A stretch of 64,000 bases of DNA from the NCBI GenBank assembly GCA_963555985.3, contig OY820591.1, positions 2,496,001 to 2,560,000 on the forward strand, written 5' to 3'. Under the pieces are notes generated by a model. That model made no database searches. It saw nothing but the letters and a program-made list of their open reading frames with translations, and was not told the origin of the DNA. The stretch comes from Dehalococcoidia bacterium. GTDB lineage: Bacteria; Chloroflexota; Dehalococcoidia; Bin125. Shown here in pieces: positions 47,666-57,102 of this stretch. A program made the translations under genes and the position numbers. The stretch's first letter is position 1. Each line of letters starts with the position of its first letter.

Positions 47666-48045
47666 CCGGGCGGCCAAGTCATACGGCGGCCGCCGAGCAC
47701 GTGCAGGTGCAAGTGCGCGACGGTCTGGCCGCCGTGCTCGCCCACATTGACGACCACACGCCAGCCGGTTTCAGCTAAACCCTCCTGTTCGGCTACTTTC
47801 TGGGCGGCCTGCATCAAGTGTCCCAGCAGCGCCGGGTCGGCCTGATCGGCCTCTTGTAGTCCCGCGATTCCCACGCGGGGGATGACTAAAACATGCACCG
47901 GAGCCTGGGGGTTGAGATCGCGGAAGGCGAGACAGCGCTCATCTTCGTACACGATGTCGGCGGGCACTTCTCCACGCACGATTGCGCCGAAGATCGTGTC
48001 GGAGGTTTGCTCTTGAGAACTCACGGAGTTGCCGCCTTTGCCCAT
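47662..48045 (-). CDS. Histidine triad (HIT/HinT) nucleotide-binding protein
   Basis: AFRDLNPQAPVHVLVIP and GQTVAHLHLHVLGG motifs. Confidence 0.94.
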   Translation of the reverse strand: MGKGGNSVSSQEQTSDTIFGAIVRGEVPADIVYEDERCLAFRDLNPQAPVHVLVIPRVGIAGLQEADQADPALLGHLMQAAQKVAEQEGLAETGWRVVVNVGEHGGQTVAHLHLHVLGGRRMTWPPG

Positions 48046-48074
48046 CTTGTCGGAGGGCAGGGTAGCCTGTCCGG

Positions 48075-48842
48075 GTGGACGACCGCAGCGAACTCCCGAA
48101 CCTGGTTCTGCTCCGGCATGGGCAGAGCGACTGGAATCTAGAGAACCGCTTCACCGGTTGGGTGGACGTTGGCCTGAGCGAACGCGGGATAGCGGAAGCG
48201 CACAGCGCCGGTGAGCAGATCCGGGAGGCGGGGATCACGTTCGACCTGGCCTGGACATCGGTGCTCAAGCGGGCGATTCACACGCTCTGGATCGTGCTGG
48301 ACGAGCTCGACGCGGCCTGGCTGCCGGTGCATCGGGACTGGCGATTGAACGAGCGCCACTACGGGTCGCTGCAAGGTCTGAACAAGGCAGAGACCGCAGC
48401 CCAGCACGGCGACGAACAGGTGCATATCTGGCGGCGGTCGTTCGACATCCCGCCGCCGCCGCTTGGCCATGATCATCCCGATCATCCGCGCTTCGATCGG
48501 CGCTATCGGGGCATTGACGAGGCTGCGCTGCCCGCTTCGGAATCGCTCAAGATCACGCTGGATCGGGTATTGCCGTTCTGGGAGGCGGAGATTGCGTCGG
48601 CGCTGCGCAGCGGTCAGCGAATTCTGATCGCCGCGCACGGGAACAGTCTGAGGGCGATTGTGAAGCACCTGGACGAAATCTCGGACGAGGAGATTGCGGA
48701 ACTGAACATTCCAACCGGGATGCCGTTGGCGTACACGTTGGATAGTGAGCTTGGCGTGCGCAGTCGTCGCTATCTGGCGGGGGAAGAAGCTGCCGCTGAG
48801 GCCGCAGCGGCGGTCGCCGCGCAGGGACAGGCGACGCAGTAA
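48075..48842 (+). CDS. gpmA: 2,3-BPG-dependent phosphoglycerate mutase
   Basis: [31 protein letters not shown] and LNIPTG motifs. Confidence 0.97.
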   Translation: MDDRSELPNLVLLRHGQSDWNLENRFTGWVDVGLSERGIAEAHSAGEQIREAGITFDLAWTSVLKRAIHTLWIVLDELDAAWLPVHRDWRLNERHYGSLQGLNKAETAAQHGDEQVHIWRRSFDIPPPPLGHDHPDHPRFDRRYRGIDEAALPASESLKITLDRVLPFWEAEIASALRSGQRILIAAHGNSLRAIVKHLDEISDEEIAELNIPTGMPLAYTLDSELGVRSRRYLAGEEAAAEAAAAVAAQGQATQ

Positions 48843-49022
48843 CCCGTCATTCCCGCTCTGGCTACACTGGATGCGGTGCAACTCCGCCAGTGGCGAGGTA
48901 TTGTGCCATTGGGCGGGCGAACGCTGGCCTGGCAGTCAATCACCAACGTTCGCCCTAGCGCGGGAACCGAGCGAAATTGGGACGGTTCCCGCGCTGCGCC
49001 CCAATCTACCGTGCCCTCCTCT

Positions 49023-49895
49023 TCAGGTCGTCACCGCCTCGCGGTATTGCCGGATCGCGTCGATGTGCTCGTCGATGTTGCCCAGGCCGGCGTTCATGGT
49101 GGCGATGGAGATGTGGCTGGCTCCGAGCTCCTCCCAGCGTTGGGCATGGGTGAGCCAGAGTTCGGGGTTGCCGCCGCGGATCTGAGCCTGCGGCTCGATC
49201 GGGAAACCGTCGGCGTCGCGGCCTTCGTCGCGCAGATAGCCGCGCAGACGCTCGACCATCTCGGCCGAGTCGGCGTTCGGGGCGCCGATCGGGAACCAGC
49301 CGTCGCCGATCTTGGCCGTGCGCCGGAGCTGGAGGTCGTGCGCGCCGCCAAACCAGACGGGGATGGTCTCGGTTGGCCGGGGGCGGATGCCGGCGGCGGT
49401 GACTTTGTGGAACTCGCCCTCGTAGTCGATCACGTCTTCGGCCCAGAGCCGACGCATCAGATCAATCTGTTCTTCCTGGCGGCGGCCGCGGTTGCGGAAG
49501 TTCTCGTTCAAGGCCTCGTATTCGACGCTGTTCCAGCCGCTGCCGACGCCGAGCCGGAAGCGGTTGTCCGAGAGCACCGCCAGTTGCGCCGCCTGCTTGG
49601 CGGCCAGCGCGGTCTGGCGCTGGGGGAGCACCAACACGGCGGTGGCCAATCCCAGCGTGGTGGTCACGCCTGCGATGTAGCCGAGGGTGACGAAAACCTC
49701 GTGGAAGGCGTCCTGATCGGTGTAGGGGCCGGGCAGCTGGTGGACGCGCGGATCCGCGCCGAGCACGTGGTCGTAGATCAGCAGGTGCTCGAAGCCCATT
49801 GCTTCGACGGCCTGCGCGTAGTCGCGGATTGCGCCCGGATCATTGCCGATTTCGTTGGTCGGCAGCACCGCGCCCAAGGTCAGATCGATCGCCAT
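49023..49895 (-). CDS. LLM-class, probably F420-dependent, oxidoreductase
   Basis: YDHVLGAD, FHEVFVTLGY, VLVLPQRQTALAAKQAA and GVGSGWN.VEY motifs. Confidence 0.9.
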   Translation of the reverse strand: MAIDLTLGAVLPTNEIGNDPGAIRDYAQAVEAMGFEHLLIYDHVLGADPRVHQLPGPYTDQDAFHEVFVTLGYIAGVTTTLGLATAVLVLPQRQTALAAKQAAQLAVLSDNRFRLGVGSGWNSVEYEALNENFRNRGRRQEEQIDLMRRLWAEDVIDYEGEFHKVTAAGIRPRPTETIPVWFGGAHDLQLRRTAKIGDGWFPIGAPNADSAEMVERLRGYLRDEGRDADGFPIEPQAQIRGGNPELWLTHAQRWEELGASHISIATMNAGLGNIDEHIDAIRQYREAVTT

Positions 49896-50048
49896 GTGGT
49901 CCTCTTCTCGGGGTCGGGATGGTGATCGGCAGAGTAGCGCCGAGCAGGGTGAGGCGGTCCGCTTCGAGCTCGCGGTCGTTGAGCGGGCGAGGGATCCGGG
50001 CGCTACGGGCGGGGTCGTCGCGCAACGACCGCGAGCCGGGAATGGGCG

Positions 50049-51263
50049 TCAGTTGCCCCGCCTCGCCCTGATTTGTCGGTAGGTCTCGACCACCGACCCG
50101 ACCTCTTCAACAGAGACGAGCCTCGGCTGCACGACGATCTGCCGGAAGAAATCGAGGTTCTCCGCCGGCGTGCCGACGATCCGTTGGGCAGTTGCGAAAT
50201 CGAAGTCGGCCATCAGCACGCCGACGGCCGTCTGGATCGAGGGATAGTCGTAGATGAAGAACAGAAGGTTGTCCGGAACGCCGCTGACGATCAGCGACTC
50301 CAGGTTGAGGCCGGCTGTGCCGACCGGAATGTCGCTGCCAGCCGCGGCCAGGTTGTTGGCGACCTCTACGCCAGTGTCGCTGTTGAGCGTGAGGACGGCC
50401 CCGATGTCACCGCTGAGGGCAGTGGTCAGCGCAGCGACGGGGTTGGCGGCGCTGGCGATGTTGACGCGGATCACGTCGCCGCCGTCATAGGCCTCCTCCA
50501 GACCGTCGCAGCGCTGGTCCAGGCCGATGTTCGTCGCTTCGTGGATGATGCAGACGATGTCACCGCTGACGCCCTGAGCGCTGAACTCAGCGGCGGCGAG
50601 TCGGCCGGCTTGCTGTTCATCGATCGCGACATGGAACCATGAACCGAACTCGTTGGCCCGATCGCCGCCGGAGTTGAACGTGGCCACGTAGACGCCCGCC
50701 TCCGCCGCTTCCTTGAGCGCGGGGCCGACGACGTCCGGATCGGGGATGCTGCTCATGATGATCCGGGCGCCGTCGTCGACGCAGTTGCGGATGGCGGCGG
50801 CCTGGCCGGCGCTGTCGGCTTCTCGGAAGAGGCGCAGGTCGAGACCGTACTGAGCCCTGACCCTGTTGACGACGGTCCCGGAAAGCACCCAGAACGAGTC
50901 GTCCAGGCTGCCGTGCGTGACGACACAGGTGAATGCGCCGTCGGCGTCGGCCGTGGCGGCCGATTCCGCGCCCGGCGTGGCCTCCTGCGGCGCGGCGAGC
51001 TGGACGTTCTCGCTGAAGTACCAGCGATCGGGCGTGGCGTCGGCGCTGAGGAAGCGGCGCTCAGGCGCGTGTGTGGTCCATCCGCCCTCGCCCTGCTCCT
51101 GGACCACAATTTCCGTGCGCCCGTCCTCGAGCACGCGAGCGCCCACGCGCACTTCTGAACCGCTCAGCGCGTCGGCCAGAACGAGCGTCGTCGCGCCGAT
51201 CAGGATGCCGACGATCAGCGCACCAATCACCCGAATGTCGAGTAGTTTGCTGTCCCGTGTCAT
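50049..51263 (-). CDS. Sugar-type (RbsB-like) substrate-binding protein with an extra N-terminal domain
   Basis: VVTHG..DDSFW, VATFNSG, IDEQQAG and IHEATN.GL..RC.G motifs; N-terminal TM segment; GAGGGAG RBS. Confidence 0.82.
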   Translation of the reverse strand: MTRDSKLLDIRVIGALIVGILIGATTLVLADALSGSEVRVGARVLEDGRTEIVVQEQGEGGWTTHAPERRFLSADATPDRWYFSENVQLAAPQEATPGAESAATADADGAFTCVVTHGSLDDSFWVLSGTVVNRVRAQYGLDLRLFREADSAGQAAAIRNCVDDGARIIMSSIPDPDVVGPALKEAAEAGVYVATFNSGGDRANEFGSWFHVAIDEQQAGRLAAAEFSAQGVSGDIVCIIHEATNIGLDQRCDGLEEAYDGGDVIRVNIASAANPVAALTTALSGDIGAVLTLNSDTGVEVANNLAAAGSDIPVGTAGLNLESLIVSGVPDNLLFFIYDYPSIQTAVGVLMADFDFATAQRIVGTPAENLDFFRQIVVQPRLVSVEEVGSVVETYRQIRARRGN

Positions 51264-51284
51264 AGCCGAGTACTCCCTCACTTT

Positions 51285-51385
51285 CTGATCACATTATCAC
51301 TCCTTAAATCACATGAAGTTCATGACATATCCACACAATGAATGCAAGAGAATAGTCACGAATTTATCATGAAGTGATAAAGGGA
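51285..51385. promoter_or_regulatory. AT-rich divergent control region with two palindromes
   Basis: CATGAA-G-TTCATG (51312-51324), TTTATCA-N5-TGATAAA (51363-51381), several TCAC repeats. Confidence 0.5.
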
Positions 51386-51454
51386 CGATGGGGGTAGTTT
51401 GGCGGGTAGCGAGCGTGCGGCATAGGCTCAGGTCAGTACTCAGGAGTTCTATCC

Positions 51455-52510
51455 ATGCCCACACCGCGTCAGTTCTTCCGTCCATTAGTGCTCGGCGCGC
51501 CCGATCCGCCGGCTGAGATTCCGACCTATCCGTCGCGCATGATTCACTTCTTCGATCCGTCGAACGAGCGGATCGCAGCGCGTTTACCGCAGCTCGCGCC
51601 GACGGTGGACATCCTGCTGGGCAACCTGGAGGACGCGATTCCTCCCAACGCGAAAGAGGCGGCGCGGGCGGGACTGATTCGGGCGGGGCAGACGCTTGAG
51701 CTGGGCGCGACGAAGCTGTGGACGCGGGTCAACGCGGTTGACAGTCCCTGGTTCCTGGACGACATGCTGCAACTGACCGAGCAGATCGGCGACGTACTCG
51801 ACACGGTGATGCTGCCGAAGGTGAACGGGCCGGAGGAGATTCGCTTCCTTGACTTGCTGCTGGCGCAGTTGGAGGCTCGGAACGGTCTGACGCGGCCGAT
51901 TCTGATTCACGCGATCCTGGAGACAGCTCAGGGTGTGAGCAATGTGGAGGCGATTGCGCAATCGAGTCCGCGCTTGCAGGGGATGAGTTTGGGGCCGTCC
52001 GATCTGGCGGCGTCGCGGCGAATGAAGACGACTCGGGTCGGCGGCCCGCATCCGGGCTACGTGGTTCGCACGGACGCCGATCCCGCTGATGCGGCGGGCA
52101 CGCGCACACCTTCGTTGCAGGATCCCTGGCACTACACGCTGGCTCGCATGATCGACGCGTGCGCCGCGAACGAGATCTATCCGTTCTACGGACCGTTCGG
52201 CGACTTCTCCGATCCGGTTGGCTGCGAAGATCAATTCCGGGCGGCGTTCATTCTCGGCTGTGTCGGAGCCTGGACGCTGCACCCGAACCAGATTCCGATT
52301 GCGAAGGCGGTCTTCCGCCCGAATCCGGACGAGGTGTCGTTTGCGCGGCGCGTGGTCGCGGCGATGGAGGAGGCGGGCGGTTCGGGCGGCGTCGCGGTGG
52401 TGGACGGAAAGATGCAGGACGACGCGACCTACAAGCAGTGCCGGGTGCTGCTCGATCTGGCGGAGATGCTGGCGGCGAAGGATCCGGAGTTGGCGGAGTT
52501 GTACGGATAG
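51455..52510 (+). CDS. mcl: Malyl-CoA/beta-methylmalyl-CoA/citramalyl-CoA lyase, Chloroflexus type
   Basis: FF.PL.LGAP, GNLEDAIP, ILETAQG, DLAASR.MKTTRVGG, FYGPFGD and GKMQDDATYKQ follow Chloroflexus Mcl along its length, as recalled. Confidence 0.85.
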   Translation: MPTPRQFFRPLVLGAPDPPAEIPTYPSRMIHFFDPSNERIAARLPQLAPTVDILLGNLEDAIPPNAKEAARAGLIRAGQTLELGATKLWTRVNAVDSPWFLDDMLQLTEQIGDVLDTVMLPKVNGPEEIRFLDLLLAQLEARNGLTRPILIHAILETAQGVSNVEAIAQSSPRLQGMSLGPSDLAASRRMKTTRVGGPHPGYVVRTDADPADAAGTRTPSLQDPWHYTLARMIDACAANEIYPFYGPFGDFSDPVGCEDQFRAAFILGCVGAWTLHPNQIPIAKAVFRPNPDEVSFARRVVAAMEEAGGSGGVAVVDGKMQDDATYKQCRVLLDLAEMLAAKDPELAELYG

Positions 52511-52515
52511 CTCGC

Positions 52516-55308
52516 TTATACGGCGCGTCCGCGTGAGGCGGCTTCTTCTTCGGCTTGGCCGGTCAGCCAGCGGATGATTCGGGTAGAGAAATTGCTGAGC
52601 AGCCACTTGCCCGCGATGGCGACAGCGCAGGCGACGAGCACGATGGCCCATTCGGCGGCGGAGAGCGGGCCGAAGTCGAAGAAGCTGCGCAGCGTCGGCG
52701 TGTAGAGGGTGAGGATGAAGATCCCGAGCAGGGCTGCGCCGAAGAAGGTGACGAGAGCGGGCCGCATGAGGTTGTCGCGGGTGGCGCCCTGGTAGCCGAT
52801 CACTTCGACCATGTAGGCCAAGCCGACGATGCCGATGGTCGTGGAGACCAGTGTGCGCGCGTCCTCAACCGGACGGCCGAGGATGCCCTCGGTCAGGAGA
52901 TGCACGCCGACAGCCGCGACCGCCAAGGCAATCGACGCCGGGATCGCGAAGCGCATAGTCGAACTGAGGAAGTCGTGGCCGGCCGCGCGCGGCGGCTTGG
53001 TCAGGGTGATGAACACGGCCGGCACGCCCAGCGTGAACAGCGCCGTGAGCGAGCCGTGGCGCGGCAGGAAGGGGAAATCGAGGCTCATCATGTTGGCCGC
53101 GAAGATGATCAGGAAAGCGTAGAAACTCTTGGTGACGAACAGCTTGCTCAGTTGCGAGGCGTTGCCGAGCACGTTCTGCGCCACCTCCGAACCCTTGACC
53201 AATGCCTCGAACGAGTCGTTGCGCAGCACGATCGCAGCGACGCCCTTGGCCGTGGCCGTGCCCGACTCCATCGCCACGCCAACATCGGCCTGGCGCAGGG
53301 CGCGGACATCGTTGGCGCCGTCGCCGACCATGGCGACGTAGTGGCCGTTGGCCTGGAGCGCGGCGACGATTCGTTCTTTCTGCTGTGGCGCGATCCGTCC
53401 GAAGACGGAGTTGTCCTCGACCGCCCGTTGCAGCTCTTCGTCGTCCATTGCGTCGATGGCCGCACCGGAGATCAGGCCGCCCTGGAGGCGGATGCCGAGC
53501 TGATAGACGAGGGCGGCAACAGTGGCGGGGTTGTCGCCGCTGATGATCTTCGGCTCGATCTCGAGTTCGTGCATCATGCGGAAGGCGTTGGCGATCTCGG
53601 GGCGGAGCTCATCGGCGACGGTGACGAGAGCGACCACGCGCATTTCGGGCAGTTGATCTTGTTCAGGATCGGGAAGCGAGGCGGCTTCGGCGAAGACGAC
53701 GCCGCGCAACCCCCGCTGGGCTGCGAGCTCATACTCCTCGCGCAGGGCCGACTCGTCCTCGCCATCGCTGGTCAGCAGGCGTTCGGGCGCGCCGAGGACG
53801 AAGACTCGTTCCTCCGCACCCAGCCGCATCCGCGCGGCGCTCCAGCGGCGTTCGGAGTTGAAAGGCACGCTGGCGGTCAGGGCTGCGCCGTTACTCATCG
53901 GGGCTAGGGCCGTCGCCAGCGCTTCGGAGGTCTTGTTGTTTTCGACCGTCGCCAGCGCAAACGCCCCCAGCCAGCCGCGCAGCGAGCGGCCCTGTTGGGC
54001 CCAGCGAACATCGTCGACTTTGAGCCGGTTGGCGGTGATCGTGCCGGTCTTGTCGAGGCAGATCGTGTCGAGGTAGTTGAGCGCCTCGACCGCCGTGTTG
54101 TCCTGCACGATCGCGCCCATCCGCGAGACCCGCAGCGCGCCGACCGCGAAGGCGACGGTGAGCCCCAGCAGCAGCCCATCGGGAACGACCGAGGTCGCCG
54201 TTGCGATCGTGTTCTTGATCGCCACTGCGAACTCGCGCCCTTCAATTGAGTACGAGATCAGCAGCAGCACGGCCAGTACCGCTGTCGCAACCAGGAGTCC
54301 CCGCAGGATGCGGCGGAATCGCAGTTGCAGCGGCGTTTCGGTCCGCTTCAGTTGACGGGCGTCGCGGGTCTCACGAACGGCGCGCGATTGGTCGCCGACG
54401 CGATCGGCGCGGTAGTAACAGGAGCCGCCGGTGCAGAACGCGCCCGATTCGAGCTCTTCGCCCGGGCCGCGGCGGACGGAGCGGGATTCACCGGTCAGGA
54501 TTGATTCATCCAGTTCGGCTTCATCCCAGATGATCGGCCCATCGGCGACCACCTGATCGCCGGCGCGCAACAGGACCAGATCGCCTTCGACGACTTCGGT
54601 CGCAGGGATGACCATCTCGACCCCGCCGCGGATCACCGTAGCGGTGGGAGCAGTCAACGCCACGAGGTCGCGCAGCTTGCGCGTCGCGCGCAGTTCCTGG
54701 AGCGTCCCGACGATCACGTTGGCGAGCACAACCATGCCGACGAAGCCCGCGTCCTGGAGGTGATCGCCCTGTCGGTCGACGATGCCCAGCCCCAGCAGAA
54801 TCCCGATCAGCCCGAACAGCACCGTGTTGAAGTAGGTGAAGACGTTGGAGAGGACGACATCAAGGTCGGAGCGCTGGCGGCTGGTGTCGCGGTTGACGCG
54901 CCCGTCGAGCACACGCTCGGCGGCCTGGGCTGCGCTCAGACCCTCAAGCGGCGGCGGCGCGAGTTGGGGAGCTTCGGCAACCTCTTGATCGGGAGCGGCG
55001 AGCGGCGCGGCGACCGCTCCGTTCGCTTCGGCGCTATTGAGCGGAGGCGGCGCGGTCTCGGGAGCGGTCAGGGGCGAGGGCGCTGCTCCGCCGCTGAGAT
55101 CGACCTCAACGCCTTCGGCGGCGGCGTAGGGGTCGGGGAGTTCAGCGCCGGTGGCGCGGCTCTCCTCGATCCGTTCGAGCAGGGCAGTGGCGGCGTCCAG
55201 CGCTTCGGGGTGGAGTTGCGGCTGCCCTTCTTCGAGGGCGGCCAAGTCGAAGAGCAGGGCGGGTTCCGGCTCTCCGAAGTCGACGAAAGCTGGATCGCGC
55301 ACGCTCAT
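52516..55308 (-). CDS. P-type cation-transporting ATPase (CtpE-like)
   Basis: DESILTGES, VPDGL, CLDKTGT, ISGDN and MVGDGAND motifs. Confidence 0.92.
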   Translation of the reverse strand: MSVRDPAFVDFGEPEPALLFDLAALEEGQPQLHPEALDAATALLERIEESRATGAELPDPYAAAEGVEVDLSGGAAPSPLTAPETAPPPLNSAEANGAVAAPLAAPDQEVAEAPQLAPPPLEGLSAAQAAERVLDGRVNRDTSRQRSDLDVVLSNVFTYFNTVLFGLIGILLGLGIVDRQGDHLQDAGFVGMVVLANVIVGTLQELRATRKLRDLVALTAPTATVIRGGVEMVIPATEVVEGDLVLLRAGDQVVADGPIIWDEAELDESILTGESRSVRRGPGEELESGAFCTGGSCYYRADRVGDQSRAVRETRDARQLKRTETPLQLRFRRILRGLLVATAVLAVLLLISYSIEGREFAVAIKNTIATATSVVPDGLLLGLTVAFAVGALRVSRMGAIVQDNTAVEALNYLDTICLDKTGTITANRLKVDDVRWAQQGRSLRGWLGAFALATVENNKTSEALATALAPMSNGAALTASVPFNSERRWSAARMRLGAEERVFVLGAPERLLTSDGEDESALREEYELAAQRGLRGVVFAEAASLPDPEQDQLPEMRVVALVTVADELRPEIANAFRMMHELEIEPKIISGDNPATVAALVYQLGIRLQGGLISGAAIDAMDDEELQRAVEDNSVFGRIAPQQKERIVAALQANGHYVAMVGDGANDVRALRQADVGVAMESGTATAKGVAAIVLRNDSFEALVKGSEVAQNVLGNASQLSKLFVTKSFYAFLIIFAANMMSLDFPFLPRHGSLTALFTLGVPAVFITLTKPPRAAGHDFLSSTMRFAIPASIALAVAAVGVHLLTEGILGRPVEDARTLVSTTIGIVGLAYMVEVIGYQGATRDNLMRPALVTFFGAALLGIFILTLYTPTLRSFFDFGPLSAAEWAIVLVACAVAIAGKWLLSNFSTRIIRWLTGQAEEEAASRGRAV

Positions 55309-55370
55309 AGTTCCAGTTTAGGCACTGCTTATGGAGCGTGGTGGGAAGATTGGGGTGGGTTGAGGGGTTG

Positions 55371-56240
55371 TTAATCGTTGAGGGCTCGTTCGAGTCCGGC
55401 GAGGCGCTCGGCTCTGGTAGCGGCGCTGCGGCCGCGCAGTCCCTCGATCGCGCTCCAAGTGATGACGAGCACGAAGAGCGCGGCTTGAGTGAGCACGACG
55501 GTGGCGCCGGAGGAGACATCGACGAACCAAGAGATGTAGACCCCGACGAAGCCCGTCAGTACGCCCAGGACGACCGCCAACAGGAACAGGCGTGGGAAGG
55601 AATCGGTCAGCATTCGCGCCACTACGGGCGGGATCACCAGCGCCGCTGCAATCAGGGTCACGCCCAGGATCTGGAGCGAAGCGACAACGGTCGCCGCGAG
55701 CACCAGCGCGAAGATCGCATCGACCCAGCCCACTGAGATGCCGTAGGACTCGGCGACATCGCGGTCGAAGGTGATGAACACGAGCTGCTTCCAAAAAATG
55801 AACAACATCGCGCCGATCAGGATGATCATGCCGATAATCACGTAGAGGTCCTGGGCGGTGATGCCCAGGATTTCGCCAAAGAGGGCGGCTTCAAAGTCGC
55901 GCGTGAAGCTGCGCGAACGCGAGATTACGGCGACGCCGATCGCGAACGCGGCCGTCGTGATGATGCCAATCGCGGCGTCGCCGCCGATCTGCCGCCGGCG
56001 CGCCGCCTGATTAATCAGGAAGACCGAGAAGGCGCCCCAAACGCTCGCGCCGAGGAAGAAATTGATGCCGAGCGTGAAGGACACGACCGCGCCGCCGAAG
56101 ATGCTGTGAGCCAGGCCGTGGCCGATATAGGCGAGACGCCGGAGGATAACGAAGACGCCCACTGCCGCCGTCACGCCGCCGATCAGGGCAGCGGCGATCA
56201 TCGCGCGTTGCATGAAGCCATACTCGAACGGTTCAAGCAT
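55371..56240 (-). CDS. Zn/Mn ABC transporter permease
   Basis: FMQRA, GHGLAHS.FGG, LFGEIL and LVIP motifs; ABC-3 family. Confidence 0.92.
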   Translation of the reverse strand: MLEPFEYGFMQRAMIAAALIGGVTAAVGVFVILRRLAYIGHGLAHSIFGGAVVSFTLGINFFLGASVWGAFSVFLINQAARRRQIGGDAAIGIITTAAFAIGVAVISRSRSFTRDFEAALFGEILGITAQDLYVIIGMIILIGAMLFIFWKQLVFITFDRDVAESYGISVGWVDAIFALVLAATVVASLQILGVTLIAAALVIPPVVARMLTDSFPRLFLLAVVLGVLTGFVGVYISWFVDVSSGATVVLTQAALFVLVITWSAIEGLRGRSAATRAERLAGLERALND

Positions 56241-57102
56241 GGCGCTTGCCGGATTTATCGCGATCGAGCAGGCCGAATTCGGCCTTGAGCCAGGTCAACT
56301 CGTCGTGCGCTCCCGGTTGCTCTTCCGGCGCCGGCAGGACGTAGGTCTCGAGGCCCCGTTGGATCACCAGCATTGGCTGGCCGTAGGCGCGCTCCAGGAT
56401 GTCCGATTGCAATACCTCGTCCGGCGCACCGTCGGCCAGGACCGTGCGCTCGCCGAGACAGATCAGGCGGGGCAGATGCGAGGCGACGCCGGTGAGGTCG
56501 TGCGTGGTGAGGACGATCGTGACGCCGCCCGCGTTGAGTCGGATCAACTCGTGCATGATCTCGTGCCGGGTCTTGATGTCGACCCCGGAGGTGGGTTCGT
56601 CCAGCAGCAGCAGGTGAGGCGAGCCGACCAGGGCTCGGGCCAGGAAGGTGCGCTGCTGCTGACCGCCGGAGAGGGCGCGGATCGAGCGGTGAGCATACTC
56701 GGCGATCCCGAGCTGCTCCATCACCTCGTGCGCGCGGGCGTGATCGCGGCGGCTGACCCAGGGCAGCCAACGGCGTGTGCGCCAACGGCCCAAGAGCACG
56801 ACCTGCTCGACCGTTATGGGGAAGTTCCAATCGACCGTCTCCACTTGCGGCACGTAGCCGACCCGCACCTCCCCAGCCTGGTTGTCACCGAAGGCAAAAG
56901 TACCTGCGTAGCGCTCCATGTCGCCCAGGAGCGCGCGCAGGAGAGTGGTCTTGCCGCAGCCGCTGGGACCGACGATGCCGATCATCTCACCGCGCCCGAC
57001 GGTGAGGTTGAGGTCGCGCAGGGCGACTTCGCCGTCGTAGCCGACAGCGAGGCCGCTGAGTGTGGCGAGCGGCTCACCTAGCTCGGATTGGACGGCTGCC
57101 AT
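56233..57102 (-). CDS. Zn/Mn ABC transporter ATP-binding protein
   Basis: GPSGCGKTT, GYVPQ..VDWNFPITV and LSGGQQQR.FLARAL motifs. Confidence 0.93.
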   Translation of the reverse strand: MAAVQSELGEPLATLSGLAVGYDGEVALRDLNLTVGRGEMIGIVGPSGCGKTTLLRALLGDMERYAGTFAFGDNQAGEVRVGYVPQVETVDWNFPITVEQVVLLGRWRTRRWLPWVSRRDHARAHEVMEQLGIAEYAHRSIRALSGGQQQRTFLARALVGSPHLLLLDEPTSGVDIKTRHEIMHELIRLNAGGVTIVLTTHDLTGVASHLPRLICLGERTVLADGAPDEVLQSDILERAYGQPMLVIQRGLETYVLPAPEEQPGAHDELTWLKAEFGLLDRDKSGKRHA

